From assembly GCA_963662715.1 (NCBI GenBank), contig OY759724.1:420001-452000 (forward strand): a stretch of DNA of 32,000 nucleotides. The letters run 5' to 3'. Made by a program: the position numbers and the translations under genes. Position 1 is the stretch's first letter; each line of letters opens with the position of its first letter. Positions 1-9,188 of this stretch are shown here, piece after piece. The notes beneath the pieces were generated by a model. It searched no databases and was not told where the DNA came from. It worked only from the letters and a program-made list of their open reading frames with translations. The DNA is from Candidatus Omnitrophota bacterium (GTDB taxonomy: Bacteria > Omnitrophota > Gorgyraeia > Zapsychrales > JANLHA01).

Positions 1-25
1 TGCGGAGGGAGAAAGGCTTGTCATA

Positions 26-1030
26 TTAATCATCCTGCGGGAACAGGGCATTCGTTATCCCCTGTCGAATACCTATTTCCTGCCTTTCCTTTAACTTAAA
101 ACCGCTCCCTTCTTCCCGCAAGCTATATTCCAGGTTGAGACGGTACGCACCGGAATTCTGCAATCTCATCTTAGCCTGATCAACCGCCAAACTGCCGTCA
201 GAAGACAGGATGGCTTTTAAATGTCCTTTGGATCCCTCATTCCCTTTAAACCCAAGGATGGTCTTAACCAACCCGGAACCAATGATCCCGCCCCGATTAA
301 ACTGCATATTCAGGGCCAGAAGGTTCACCTGCTGAGACCCCCAAATAAGGCGCATCGCTCCGCTTAGATCTCCATTCAACTGGGAAAAGAGTGGCTGATT
401 GACTTCCGTCAACAAGTGCGGTTTAAAATTCTGCCCTTCCAACCAGAAAATATAATTTATCTCCGGTTTGAAATCCATAATGACCTGCCCTCTCATAAGT
501 CCGCCATAAGCATCCGCAACCAGATCCGTCAACTGAATACGATGCCGGGTCCCATGGATCTGGCCTTCAAAATTCTGAACACGGAACGAACTGAACGCGG
601 CCTCATATCCGGCAAAAATACCGCTGAGCTGCGTAAAATGAGGACCCTGGAAAAAAAGGAGTGCTTTAAGATTAAGGTTGTTGATTTCCAGCTGATCATA
701 CGTCAGCTTCAGGCCTTTAACCATCAACTTAATATTTTCTCTCTTTTTTAAATAAGTCAGGAAATCATACAGTGTCAGCTCTTTAATCGTCAACTGCTTG
801 GTTGCTTCATACTCCCCCATCGTAATGGTCACATCCTTCAAGACAAAAGTCTCCGGGTACTTAAACTGCTGACTCTCCACTTTGAAAGAAACGAGATCGA
901 CATTCGGATAATTCTTTTCAATAAATTTCGGACCCAAAGTATTGAAGAACCAAGTTGAATGAAGCAGGAAAAGAAAGGTCCCTCCGAAGAAGGCAAAAAG
1001 AATAATTATGGGGATAACGTGTCGTCGCAT
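26..1030 (-). CDS. hypothetical membrane-anchored protein (single N-terminal TM helix, beta-rich body); family not recognised
   Basis: 334-aa ORF. The N-terminus MRRHVIPIIILFAFFGGTFLFLL looks like a signal anchor. It lies 18 nt downstream of the Hpt gene on the same strand, so it is probably co-transcribed. Confidence 0.6.
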   Translation of the reverse strand: MRRHVIPIIILFAFFGGTFLFLLHSTWFFNTLGPKFIEKNYPNVDLVSFKVESQQFKYPETFVLKDVTITMGEYEATKQLTIKELTLYDFLTYLKKRENIKLMVKGLKLTYDQLEINNLNLKALLFFQGPHFTQLSGIFAGYEAAFSSFRVQNFEGQIHGTRHRIQLTDLVADAYGGLMRGQVIMDFKPEINYIFWLEGQNFKPHLLTEVNQPLFSQLNGDLSGAMRLIWGSQQVNLLALNMQFNRGGIIGSGLVKTILGFKGNEGSKGHLKAILSSDGSLAVDQAKMRLQNSGAYRLNLEYSLREEGSGFKLKERQEIGIRQGITNALFPQDD

Positions 1031-1048
1031 GGCTTAAAAATTTTCAAG

Positions 1049-1396
1049 CTACTGTTTTTTTAACTCTTCGATACAACCCTGCAGATCCTGGAACTGCTGA
1101 TCCAGCAAAGTCAGCAGTTCTGCGACCCCTTCCAGGATATTGTTTTCGGCTTTTTTCTCTATCTCCATACAGGTCGCAAACATTTGCGTTGCTGAAATAT
1201 TTCCGGCGGCGCCCTTTAAAGAATGGGCAATATCCCGCATTTGCTCAAAATTCTTCTCTGTCATATATTGAGAGAATAACTTCCGCTTCACCGAGTAATC
1301 GTTCTGGAAAATATCCAACAATTCCATAAGTAGTTCACGGTCATCCTGTACCCGCTCCATGACATCATCCATATCGATAATCTCTTTTTTCATCAT
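1049..1396 (-). CDS. histidine phosphotransfer (Hpt) domain protein
   Basis: 115-aa helical ORF with the HPt signature HSLKGAAGNISA. SD AAGGAAGGG sits just upstream, and the gene starts 24 nt downstream of the hybrid kinase. Confidence 0.8.
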   Translation of the reverse strand: MMKKEIIDMDDVMERVQDDRELLMELLDIFQNDYSVKRKLFSQYMTEKNFEQMRDIAHSLKGAAGNISATQMFATCMEIEKKAENNILEGVAELLTLLDQQFQDLQGCIEELKKQ

Positions 1397-1420
1397 CCCT
1401 TCCTTTGCTATAGGTATAAA

Positions 1421-3727
1421 TTAAAAAAAATTTTCTATCGCCTCAAACAACTTTACCCTGTCTATCGGTTTAGTGACATAACCGTCCATACCTATGTTTA
1501 AACACCGTTTCCGGTCTCCGCTCATGGCCCTTGCTGTTAAGGCGATAATAGGAATATGTTGGCCTGTTTTCTGTTCTTTTTCCCGGATCAGCTGAGTCGC
1601 TTCATAGCCATCCATCACCGGCATTTGAGCATCCATCAGTATAACATCAAATGCCTCTCTATCCAAACACTCTAAAACTTGTTTTCCGTTCTCAACAGCC
1701 TGCACAACCCAGCCTCTTTTTTCCAGCATTCTTACAGCTATTTTCTGATTAACAATATTATCTTCGGCTAAAAGCACACGTAAATGCTCGATATCTTTTT
1801 TCTCATCAGCAGGAGACTCGGGAGTTACTTCCGGGGGAGATTCCGGTACGACATCCGGGACATGACCTTTCACAAACTTGCCGGTAAAATAAAATGTGCT
1901 CCCTTTATACTCCTCACTCTCGACCCAAATCCGTCCCCCCATCAATTCGACAAGTTTAAATGAAATGGCCAACCCCAGACCGGTCCCGCCGAACTTTCTT
2001 GTTGTAGAGACATCCGCCTGGGAAAAAACTTCAAAAATGGACTGAAGCTTGTCCTGCGAAATACCGATGCCTTGATCCGCGACAGAAAACTGCAACTCGC
2101 AGTTCTGATCATCAAGAGCAATGACTTTAACTCTTGTCACGATATTCCCGCGAAAAGTAAACTTAATCGCGTTGTTGATGAGATTGACCAGAATCTGACG
2201 CAGCCTTACGGGATCTCCGATCACAACCGACGGAACGCCCTCTTCCACCTCCCAGTCAAGGTCGATGCTCTTCTTTTTGGCCAAAACAGACAGCCCTTTA
2301 CAGACGCTTTTAATGATATTTTCGATATTCATCTCAATGGTTTCCAGCTGAATTTTCCCTGCTTCAACCCGGGACAAATCCAAAATGTCGTTCAGCAGAC
2401 TCAGCAAAATGTCCGCGGCATTCTTAACCGTGGTCAAATTATCCCGCTGCTCCTCCGTCAGTTCTGTATCCAGGGTCAAATCGACCATACCCATGATGGT
2501 ATTCATGGGCGTTCGCACTTCATGGGACATATTCGCGAGAAACATGCTTTTAGCGCTATTGGCTTCCTCGGCCATGATCTTAGCCCGCAACAATTCCTGC
2601 CGCACTTTTTTCTGCTGTGTTATATCCTGCATAATCCCGACGGATCCGGTCATATCGCCGTTGGAATCTTTCAAGATATTAACAGAAAGATCCACATCGA
2701 GGACCTCGCCGTTCTTGCAAAGCACCCGTGTTTCAAAATGATGCTTCACGCCCTGTTCCCGGATATTAGCGGCCCTGATCTTCTTCCATTCTTCTTCCGG
2801 ATAAATACTGCTGATATGCTTCAAATAAAGCTCATCATGGGTTTTCCCCAGCATCTGTTCCGTAAATTTATTCCAGGAGACCAGCCGTTCCTGAGAATCC
2901 GTCATGGTAATAGCTGCGGCCGAGTTGTCCAAAATAATCCGGATTTTATTCTCAGACTCCCGGATTTTTCTCTCCGCGATCTTTTGTTTGGTCACATCCA
3001 GCATAAGCGCAACAGCGCCCACAGTCAGACCTTTGACATCTCTGAACGTGGAGAGGGACATATTAATATCCATAACAGCGCCGCTTTTATTACTGATCTG
3101 AGTCTCAACGTCCGAAACCATATCTTTCTTCCAGACATTTAAGCGGGAAATCTTAGACCATTCTTTTTGCGGGAAAAACTCCTTGAAGGATTTATTAAAA
3201 AGTTCGCGTTGCCCCATATCCAGCATCTTTTCCGCGAAAGGATTCCAGGCCAGAATCCTTTCCTGCTTATCCATAATCAGAACGGCTGCCGCCGAATTGT
3301 TAAAAACAATCTCAAAAAGCTCTTTGGATTCCTGCCGTTCGCTACGGGCTTGCTTCTCAAAGGTGATATTCTTGATAATACCGTCAATATATTTTAAGCG
3401 CTTGCGGGAATCATATACGGCGACAAGCAAAATCGAGGCATGAATCACCCGTCCGGATTTCACCTGCAGGGATATCTCTTCAATAACGAGTTTCTGCGCC
3501 GTGGACACTTTCTTGTAAGCCGACCGGATTTTTCGTCTCTCCAGGAAGACCTGCTGCGGAGCGATGTCCAACAGCTCTTCCGGAGCGTAGGCCAACATGT
3601 TCGCAAAAGCGGCGTTAACAAAGAGGAATTGCTCTCTCAGCCCTGGTTTTAAACGAAAGGCCCCCAGGTCCAGATGTTCAACAAGTTCATAAAAAATGAA
3701 TTCGTTCTGATTTACGGCCATTTTCAA
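1421..3727 (-). CDS. hybrid sensor histidine kinase (PAS x3 - HisKA - HATPase - receiver)
   Basis: 768-aa ORF. H-box SHEVRTPMNTIMGM; N/G boxes NLINNAIKFT, DQGIGI, GGTGLGLAIS. C-terminal receiver LLAEDN...ILMDAQMPVMDG...YVTKP. TTG start 5 nt after AGAGGA. Confidence 0.9.
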   Translation of the reverse strand: MKMAVNQNEFIFYELVEHLDLGAFRLKPGLREQFLFVNAAFANMLAYAPEELLDIAPQQVFLERRKIRSAYKKVSTAQKLVIEEISLQVKSGRVIHASILLVAVYDSRKRLKYIDGIIKNITFEKQARSERQESKELFEIVFNNSAAAVLIMDKQERILAWNPFAEKMLDMGQRELFNKSFKEFFPQKEWSKISRLNVWKKDMVSDVETQISNKSGAVMDINMSLSTFRDVKGLTVGAVALMLDVTKQKIAERKIRESENKIRIILDNSAAAITMTDSQERLVSWNKFTEQMLGKTHDELYLKHISSIYPEEEWKKIRAANIREQGVKHHFETRVLCKNGEVLDVDLSVNILKDSNGDMTGSVGIMQDITQQKKVRQELLRAKIMAEEANSAKSMFLANMSHEVRTPMNTIMGMVDLTLDTELTEEQRDNLTTVKNAADILLSLLNDILDLSRVEAGKIQLETIEMNIENIIKSVCKGLSVLAKKKSIDLDWEVEEGVPSVVIGDPVRLRQILVNLINNAIKFTFRGNIVTRVKVIALDDQNCELQFSVADQGIGISQDKLQSIFEVFSQADVSTTRKFGGTGLGLAISFKLVELMGGRIWVESEEYKGSTFYFTGKFVKGHVPDVVPESPPEVTPESPADEKKDIEHLRVLLAEDNIVNQKIAVRMLEKRGWVVQAVENGKQVLECLDREAFDVILMDAQMPVMDGYEATQLIREKEQKTGQHIPIIALTARAMSGDRKRCLNIGMDGYVTKPIDRVKLFEAIENFF

Positions 3728-3787
3728 TAAAATCCTCTGTCATGAAGGGGAAAAATTACGGCGAACCCGCTCCTCCCCACACGTCGT

Positions 3788-4081
3788 TCAGCTTCTTTTG
3801 AATCTGAAGTTGCGCACAATGGCATAGATATTAAGTATAGTGACAACCGCGGACAAAGACACCATACACAGTCTGATGACAAACTGCCAGTCCTGGCTGT
3901 AATCCTGAGGCAGCATGCCGTTCAAAATATATCCCAGGACGATCAAAGAAAGCAAAATGGTTGTGCCGGCGATAACAAAAAGCATAAAGCAGCATAAAAA
4001 AGAAAGCATAATGACGTAGAGATTGTATAAAAAAATATTACCTTTCGCGATCTTACTCGCGGCTATTCCGATACGTTCCAT
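3788..4081 (-). CDS. small hypothetical membrane protein (about 3 TM helices)
   Basis: 97-aa ORF with three hydrophobic stretches. SD GGGAGAAGG upstream of the ATG, and a candidate promoter upstream. Confidence 0.55.
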   Translation of the reverse strand: MERIGIAASKIAKGNIFLYNLYVIMLSFLCCFMLFVIAGTTILLSLIVLGYILNGMLPQDYSQDWQFVIRLCMVSLSAVVTILNIYAIVRNFRFKRS

Positions 4082-4128
4082 GCCTTCTCCCGCCCATGAA
4101 ACAGCAAAGGGCCAAAGTGTTTGATTTT

Positions 4129-4157
4129 ATTTTAACGGCTTGTCTTATGTTAAACAA
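4129..4157 (-). promoter_or_regulatory. candidate sigma70-type promoter (TTGTTT-17-TAAAAT) for the small membrane protein / kinase genes
   Basis: On the minus strand the -35 TTGTTT is at 4157-4152 and the -10 TAAAAT at 4134-4129, with a 17-nt spacer. It lies in the 198-nt gap after the HD gene. Confidence 0.3.
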
Positions 4158-4279
4158 TTTATTATTAATCTTTTTTCTCTCAACCCGAGGAGATTACGGC
4201 AAACGTGGCCGGGCCGGGGGCAATGTTTCTCCGGTCATTCCAGGGAGCAAATACGATCCTCAGACAAAAAAATCTGTCC

Positions 4280-4894
4280 TCAGCGCTCAAATTTAACAAC
4301 CCCCTGCCACCACTTGCTGCTGTGCCACGTCCGGATTTGACGCCAGACTTTTTTGGCGCTTTTCGTCTTTAAGAACCGCGGAGCATTGGTAAAGAAAAGT
4401 TTTGCCCCCAGATAGCCGTGGTCATAGTATTCTTTTGCCTGGATCAGACATTCTAAGATATCCGCATCTCTCGCGACAAGACTTTCCGGGCTCCGCTGTT
4501 CATCATATTCCGACCGCATTGTTTCCAGAGCCTTTTTAATCCGCGCCTCCAAATGAGCCACCTGATCTTTAAACACCTTCTGTTCGGCATTCTTAAAATC
4601 AATATAGTAATGCCCCATTTTATGCAAATCATTGATCCGCGCTTCATGGATATCGTTGAATAACGACATGGTCACGACCTTAAAAGGATCGACATCCTCC
4701 AGATAAGCCAGATAATAACCGATCACGGCCGTCCGGAAGGAATGTTCGGCCACAGATTCAGGGTTTTGAATGCCGGCGACCCACCATCCGCTGCGTTTGA
4801 TACGTTTAAGCAGTCCTGCTTCGGCAAAAAAATTCAACGCTGCATTTTTTTCGGCAGACGTTTCCGCAGCCTGACGAGGTTTTTTCCCTTTCAT
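4280..4894 (-). CDS. HD-superfamily hydrolase, YfbR-like (5'-nucleotidase type), with a variant metal motif
   Basis: 204-aa ORF. Motifs LKRIKRSGW, PESVAEHSFR, LFNDIHEARINDL and ARDADILE follow the H..HD..D architecture of HD_3/YfbR-like proteins. 4-nt overlap (ATGA) with rlmB. Confidence 0.75.
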   Translation of the reverse strand: MKGKKPRQAAETSAEKNAALNFFAEAGLLKRIKRSGWWVAGIQNPESVAEHSFRTAVIGYYLAYLEDVDPFKVVTMSLFNDIHEARINDLHKMGHYYIDFKNAEQKVFKDQVAHLEARIKKALETMRSEYDEQRSPESLVARDADILECLIQAKEYYDHGYLGAKLFFTNAPRFLKTKSAKKVWRQIRTWHSSKWWQGVVKFER

Positions 4895-5619
4895 TCTCTG
4901 TCCTTGCTTTTCTGTTTAATAATTTCATAAGCAAACACGGTTAACGCATGAGCGACATTAAACGTTAACCGGGCCCGCGCCATGGGAATGGTTATGCTCT
5001 GATCCATCAGCTTATGCAGAACCTCTCGCACGCCTTTCTGTTCAGAGCCGATAATCAATCCGGTCAAAGCGGGGAATTCGACCCGGGACAGGGCCGCCCC
5101 CCCCTTGACAACGGTTCCGGCAATCCAGTACCCCGCGTCCTTGGCCTGCTTGATCGCTTGCGCTAAATTGTTCACTCTTGATATCTTAATATAATTTTCC
5201 CCACCACAGGCCACGCGAAGAACCGCTTCCGTAATCTGCACAGACTTATGCTTCGGGATGATAACGACGAAATCCCCCAGACAGGCTAAACTGCGAAGCA
5301 TACTTCCGAAATTCTGCGGGTCTGTCAAACCATCCAGGAAAATCAATGTCGCTTTCTTCTTCAACGCCCAGGTTAAAACCTCATCGACAGAGGGATAATC
5401 AAAATCGTCAACATCAACAACAACACCTTGCGTATTGGCACTGCGGGCCAGTTTCAGTATTTTGCTCCGGGGGACGACAACAACAGGAATCCCCCATTGC
5501 CGGGCCTTTTTATGAAGATAACCCGCATCCGGGTGTCCTTGCTGAAGAGTGATTTTTTTAATACTCTGCGGATTGATTTTAAGACGTTCTAAAACGGGAT
5601 TTTTTCCATATAAACGCAT
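4891..5619 (-). CDS. rlmB: TrmH/SpoU-family RNA 2'-O-methyltransferase, RlmB-like (23S rRNA Gm2251)
   Basis: 242-aa ORF. N-terminal substrate-binding-type segment MRLYGKNPVLERL, then a SpoU methylase core (LDGLTDPQNFGSMLRS, LIIGSEQKGV, IPMARARLTFNVAHA). Confidence 0.8.
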   Translation of the reverse strand: MRLYGKNPVLERLKINPQSIKKITLQQGHPDAGYLHKKARQWGIPVVVVPRSKILKLARSANTQGVVVDVDDFDYPSVDEVLTWALKKKATLIFLDGLTDPQNFGSMLRSLACLGDFVVIIPKHKSVQITEAVLRVACGGENYIKISRVNNLAQAIKQAKDAGYWIAGTVVKGGAALSRVEFPALTGLIIGSEQKGVREVLHKLMDQSITIPMARARLTFNVAHALTVFAYEIIKQKSKDRE

Positions 5620-5766
5620 CAGAAAATTTTTATATCCATTCTTTTATAATAATTACCTGTTAAAAATTTTTACGGACCATCTCTCGCCTGTTACAGGTCT
5701 TTTCCGGAAGCCACCGCGCTCTCCGGGGAACCGGGAACTCTTTGAATACGAACCTGTCCGGCCATA

Positions 5767-6006
5767 TTAAAAAGAGGTCGCGTCATGCCCCGTCCGGGAA
5801 TATTCCTCATCCAATTGCTGTTTCCGCTCCCGGTACTCGGCATACGTTATCTTTTTATGCAGATATTCCCGCTCTAAATCATCCAGATTTCTTTGATATT
5901 GCGTATATCTGGGATCAATAAGGCGCGGGCGCGCCGCATTGGGCGTCGAACAACCCGCCACAAGCAAAAGAAGCATTCCCGAAAATATCACGATTGTGTT
6001 CTTCAT
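5767..6006 (-). CDS. small lipoprotein, function unknown
   Basis: 79-aa ORF with a signal peptide and lipobox (MKNTIVIFSGMLLLLVAGCS). SD AAGGAAA upstream. Confidence 0.6.
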   Translation of the reverse strand: MKNTIVIFSGMLLLLVAGCSTPNAARPRLIDPRYTQYQRNLDDLEREYLHKKITYAEYRERKQQLDEEYSRTGHDATSF

Positions 6007-6033
6007 TCTCTGTTTCCTTACAAAGCCCCTTAA

Positions 6034-6795
6034 TTATTCATCTTCATAAACAGATTCCACGTCACCGCCAAAATGCCGTATCACTTTTATGGCTCTGGGA
6101 AGAACACCCACAACGACAATAATGACAATGAGGGAAATCGAAAACCAAATACAAACGATATCCCAGACAGAACTCCAGGATGTTTTGCTGGCACATAAAT
6201 CCTTATAAGCACTCTTTTTCCCCTCTTTCAACTTCTGTTCGGCACGCCACCTTAACTTCGGCTCCTCTTCGGCGATCCTTCCCGTGACAATATTATCAAC
6301 CACAAGAGCGAACTCCTGATTGTATTCACATTCATCCGGATTATGGACTTTTTCTCCCAGATACCGTATAAATTTGCACCCGCACTTCTCACAATAACTA
6401 TTATACGTAAGACGGAATATCACCGAATCAATGAAATCATAAACAATCCAGGGGAGCATAAAAAGTGAGTACAGCGTCAGAGGCTGAATCAAAAACCGTT
6501 TGTATGTTTTGCCGATTTTATACTCATTGCGGCTAAAAGCATACATAAAACTGAAGGTCCTTGTTTTAAAATACGTTCCGACCAGGAACTCCTTATGGGC
6601 ATGATCTTCCAGATGGCGGGAACCAAGCAGTTTTTTGACAAGGGCCCGCGCCATACTGAACCCCGCTTCCTCGATCCGGGCACGGCTCCTGGCTTCCGAG
6701 TCGCGGTCCGTCGATAACAGCATCGTATCACAATAGAGGCACCGGGACCGTTCATCCATATGATAGACGCACTGACAACGAGGACATTTTTTCAT
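6034..6795 (-). CDS. hypothetical Zn-ribbon membrane protein
   Basis: 253-aa ORF. N-terminal CPRC...CLYC and internal CEKCGC...C motifs. Central and C-terminal TM helices (WDIVCIWFSISLIVIIVVVGVL). SD GAGGAG upstream. Confidence 0.6.
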   Translation of the reverse strand: MKKCPRCQCVYHMDERSRCLYCDTMLLSTDRDSEARSRARIEEAGFSMARALVKKLLGSRHLEDHAHKEFLVGTYFKTRTFSFMYAFSRNEYKIGKTYKRFLIQPLTLYSLFMLPWIVYDFIDSVIFRLTYNSYCEKCGCKFIRYLGEKVHNPDECEYNQEFALVVDNIVTGRIAEEEPKLRWRAEQKLKEGKKSAYKDLCASKTSWSSVWDIVCIWFSISLIVIIVVVGVLPRAIKVIRHFGGDVESVYEDE

Positions 6796-6812
6796 ACCGC
6801 ATACTCCTCACA

Positions 6813-7544
6813 CTATTTCTTAAATCCCAGCCAAAGATAGAACAAAGGACGCAGGATGCTCCACCAGCCGACAATGGGCTTCATTTTTGTATAGCCCAGC
6901 TTTTTAGCCGGATAAATTTTGCTCACACTCACTTCTCCGACCTTGTGCCCGAGGATAACGGATTTATAAAGGATATACGGTTCCAATTCATACTTATCCA
7001 GCCAGGCCTGGTCAAGATTGATCCCCGCATCACGAAACAAAGACAGACGCATCGCGCGGAATCCGTTTGTCGTGTCGGTCATCTTTTTTTTCGTCATAAG
7101 GGAAAACAGGAACGGATGTAACCGGGTCGCCCATTTCCGATATGCGGGCATATCCCCCCCGATGCGGTTGCCGGCAAGATACCGGGAGCCTTGCACAAGG
7201 TCAAACCCCTCCTTGACGATCGGATCAACAAGCTGACAGATTTCCTCAGGATTATCCTTATCATTTCCCGCCATAATGACAATGATGTCGAATTGCCGGG
7301 CTGTCGCATGTTTAATGGCGGTTCGGATCGCAGCCCCGACCCCCCGTCTGGAGGCATGCCTGATCGTCTGCACGCCTTCTGCGGCATAACTGGCGATCAT
7401 ATCCGTCGTCCCGTCATCGGAGGCGTCATCGATAATGAGATACTCGTAAGAATGCCGGTCCGGTATTTTCAAAAACCTCTCGATGGCATTCTTCAACTTT
7501 AAATTCTCATTAAAAGCAATGGGACAGATCAGGATGCGATGCAT
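6813..7544 (-). CDS. family-2 glycosyltransferase, polyprenyl-phosphate sugar synthase type (DPM1/ArnC/GtrB-like)
   Basis: 243-aa ORF. Motifs IIDDASDDGT and TDTTNGFRA, plus an amphipathic C-terminus. Confidence 0.8.
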   Translation of the reverse strand: MHRILICPIAFNENLKLKNAIERFLKIPDRHSYEYLIIDDASDDGTTDMIASYAAEGVQTIRHASRRGVGAAIRTAIKHATARQFDIIVIMAGNDKDNPEEICQLVDPIVKEGFDLVQGSRYLAGNRIGGDMPAYRKWATRLHPFLFSLMTKKKMTDTTNGFRAMRLSLFRDAGINLDQAWLDKYELEPYILYKSVILGHKVGEVSVSKIYPAKKLGYTKMKPIVGWWSILRPLFYLWLGFKK

Positions 7545-7593
7545 AATTTTATTATCGGGGTTATAGATTCTGATAAGGTCTTCATGCCGACAG

Positions 7594-8160
7594 CTAACTC
7601 AAAGGAGCCAGTCCTTCACCGGTTAATTGGTATTGCCGCCGGCAGTGCGTGCACAGGTAATCGTCGTTTATTTTTCGGCCACATTGGCACACAAAACCAT
7701 GCATGCGTGCCGGGGTCCCGAAAAACAGCCCGTAAGCCGGGACATCTTTGGTGACAACGCTCCCCGCTCCAATGAAAGCATATTCGCCGATGACAATGCC
7801 GCACATCACAGTCGTGTTGCTTCCGATCGTAACGCCTTTCTTAACGGTAATGCCTTCCAATGTCCAGGCATCCTTGCGGTGGCTCCGCGGATTGCGGTCA
7901 TTGATAAAAGCCGTATGCGCCCCGCAGAAAACGTCATCCTCAATGGTAATTCCCTCAAAAACATTGACGCCGTTCTTTAAGGTCACGTGGTTTCCGATCA
8001 CCGCTCCTTTTTCAACATAACAACCGTCACAAATGTTACAATGTTCCCCGATCACCGCGCCGTCCTGAATATTGGCAAAAGCCCAGACACGCGTTCCTTC
8101 CCCTATCCGGGCCTGAGGGCCTATTAAAGCTGCCGGATGTCGGAATCCATCTTTGACCAT
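7594..8160 (-). CDS. left-handed beta-helix (hexapeptide repeat) N-acetyltransferase, WbpD/WlbB-like, with a Cys4 C-terminal tail
   Basis: 188-aa ORF with repeated [LIV]G-x4 hexapeptide periodicity throughout. C-terminus CQCGRKINDDYLCTHC. Confidence 0.8.
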   Translation of the reverse strand: MVKDGFRHPAALIGPQARIGEGTRVWAFANIQDGAVIGEHCNICDGCYVEKGAVIGNHVTLKNGVNVFEGITIEDDVFCGAHTAFINDRNPRSHRKDAWTLEGITVKKGVTIGSNTTVMCGIVIGEYAFIGAGSVVTKDVPAYGLFFGTPARMHGFVCQCGRKINDDYLCTHCRRQYQLTGEGLAPLS

Positions 8161-8171
8161 AAAACAATTCC

Positions 8172-9188
8172 TTACGCCATGTTGACCGGAACGCCGTTTT
8201 GGTTCATGGAATCCTGAACAGCGCAGAGGGTTTTAACAACCTCATAGCCTTTCACGGCATCGGACAAATCGGGATTTTCGCCTTTTTCGACCCGGTCAAT
8301 AAAATACTGGGCCTGAGCTTTTAAGGGTTCGTGAATACTGATATGAGGGATGGTGATGCTTCCTTCCCGGGACAACAGCTGAAATTCCCCGTAGGTGTCG
8401 TAAAAAGTCGCTGTTCTTTCAACATGCTTATCATACAGTTTAATGGGGCCGACATGGTCCAGATCGTCCCAAATGACCATTTTCTTATCCCCGACAATCG
8501 TGATTTGCCGGACTTTTTTCGGATCGAGCCAGCTGACATGGACATTGACTAGGATATTATTAGGGTATTCCAGGGATGCGAAGGCTAAATCTTCCAAGGT
8601 GGGGCCCAGACACTTATGACCGCGGGCCGATACGTTTATGGGAGAACTGTTGAATAGAAAATTAAATATAGAAATATCATGCGGGGCTAGATCCCAGAGG
8701 GCATTCACATCGTAGCGGAAAGGTCCGAGATTCGTTCTTTCCGAATGCGCATATTGTATAACCCCTAACTCCCCGGAAGAAACGAGTTCTTTCAGGAACA
8801 TGATCCCCTTATTAAAAACAAAAACATGTCCCACCATCAAAACTTTTTTCTTCTCTTCCGCAAGCTCTTTCAAACGAAGACATTCTTCGGGGTCAAGAGT
8901 TAAAGGTTTTTCGCAAAAAACATGCTTCCCGGCCTCCAGGGCCTCTTTCGTTAACTGATAATGCGTATTGGTGGGAGATGAAACACATACGGCATCAATA
9001 TCCGGATCAAGAATAATATCATGATAATCCTTGGAGACAAGAACTTGCGGGTGAGACGCCTGAACCGCTTTCAAACGATCCTCATTCAAATCCGCGCAAC
9101 GCTTAACCGTTGAGTGCGACAAATGATTGAAAATTCTGATATGATTAGGGCCCCAATGCCCGCATCCTATAACACCGACATTAATCAA
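8172..9188 (-). CDS. Gfo/Idh/MocA-family NAD-dependent sugar-nucleotide oxidoreductase (WbpB/GnnA-like)
   Basis: 338-aa ORF with an N-terminal Rossmann motif INVGVIGCGHWG and the EKPL motif. TTG start 5 nt after GGAGG. Confidence 0.8.
   Translation of the reverse strand: MINVGVIGCGHWGPNHIRIFNHLSHSTVKRCADLNEDRLKAVQASHPQVLVSKDYHDIILDPDIDAVCVSSPTNTHYQLTKEALEAGKHVFCEKPLTLDPEECLRLKELAEEKKKVLMVGHVFVFNKGIMFLKELVSSGELGVIQYAHSERTNLGPFRYDVNALWDLAPHDISIFNFLFNSSPINVSARGHKCLGPTLEDLAFASLEYPNNILVNVHVSWLDPKKVRQITIVGDKKMVIWDDLDHVGPIKLYDKHVERTATFYDTYGEFQLLSREGSITIPHISIHEPLKAQAQYFIDRVEKGENPDLSDAVKGYEVVKTLCAVQDSMNQNGVPVNMA

Noticed and set aside
1-25. Possible start of another minus-strand gene (ATG at 24-22, overlapping the stop of the 334-aa ORF as TAATATG)
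   Set aside because: Only 8 codons are visible before the window edge, which is not enough to support a feature.
2072-3142. 356-aa ORF on the plus strand, antisense to the hybrid kinase gene
   Set aside because: It lies entirely inside a kinase gene that is well supported by motifs on the other strand. The translation is low-complexity, with no recognisable domain, no SD and no promoter. It is a typical shadow ORF.
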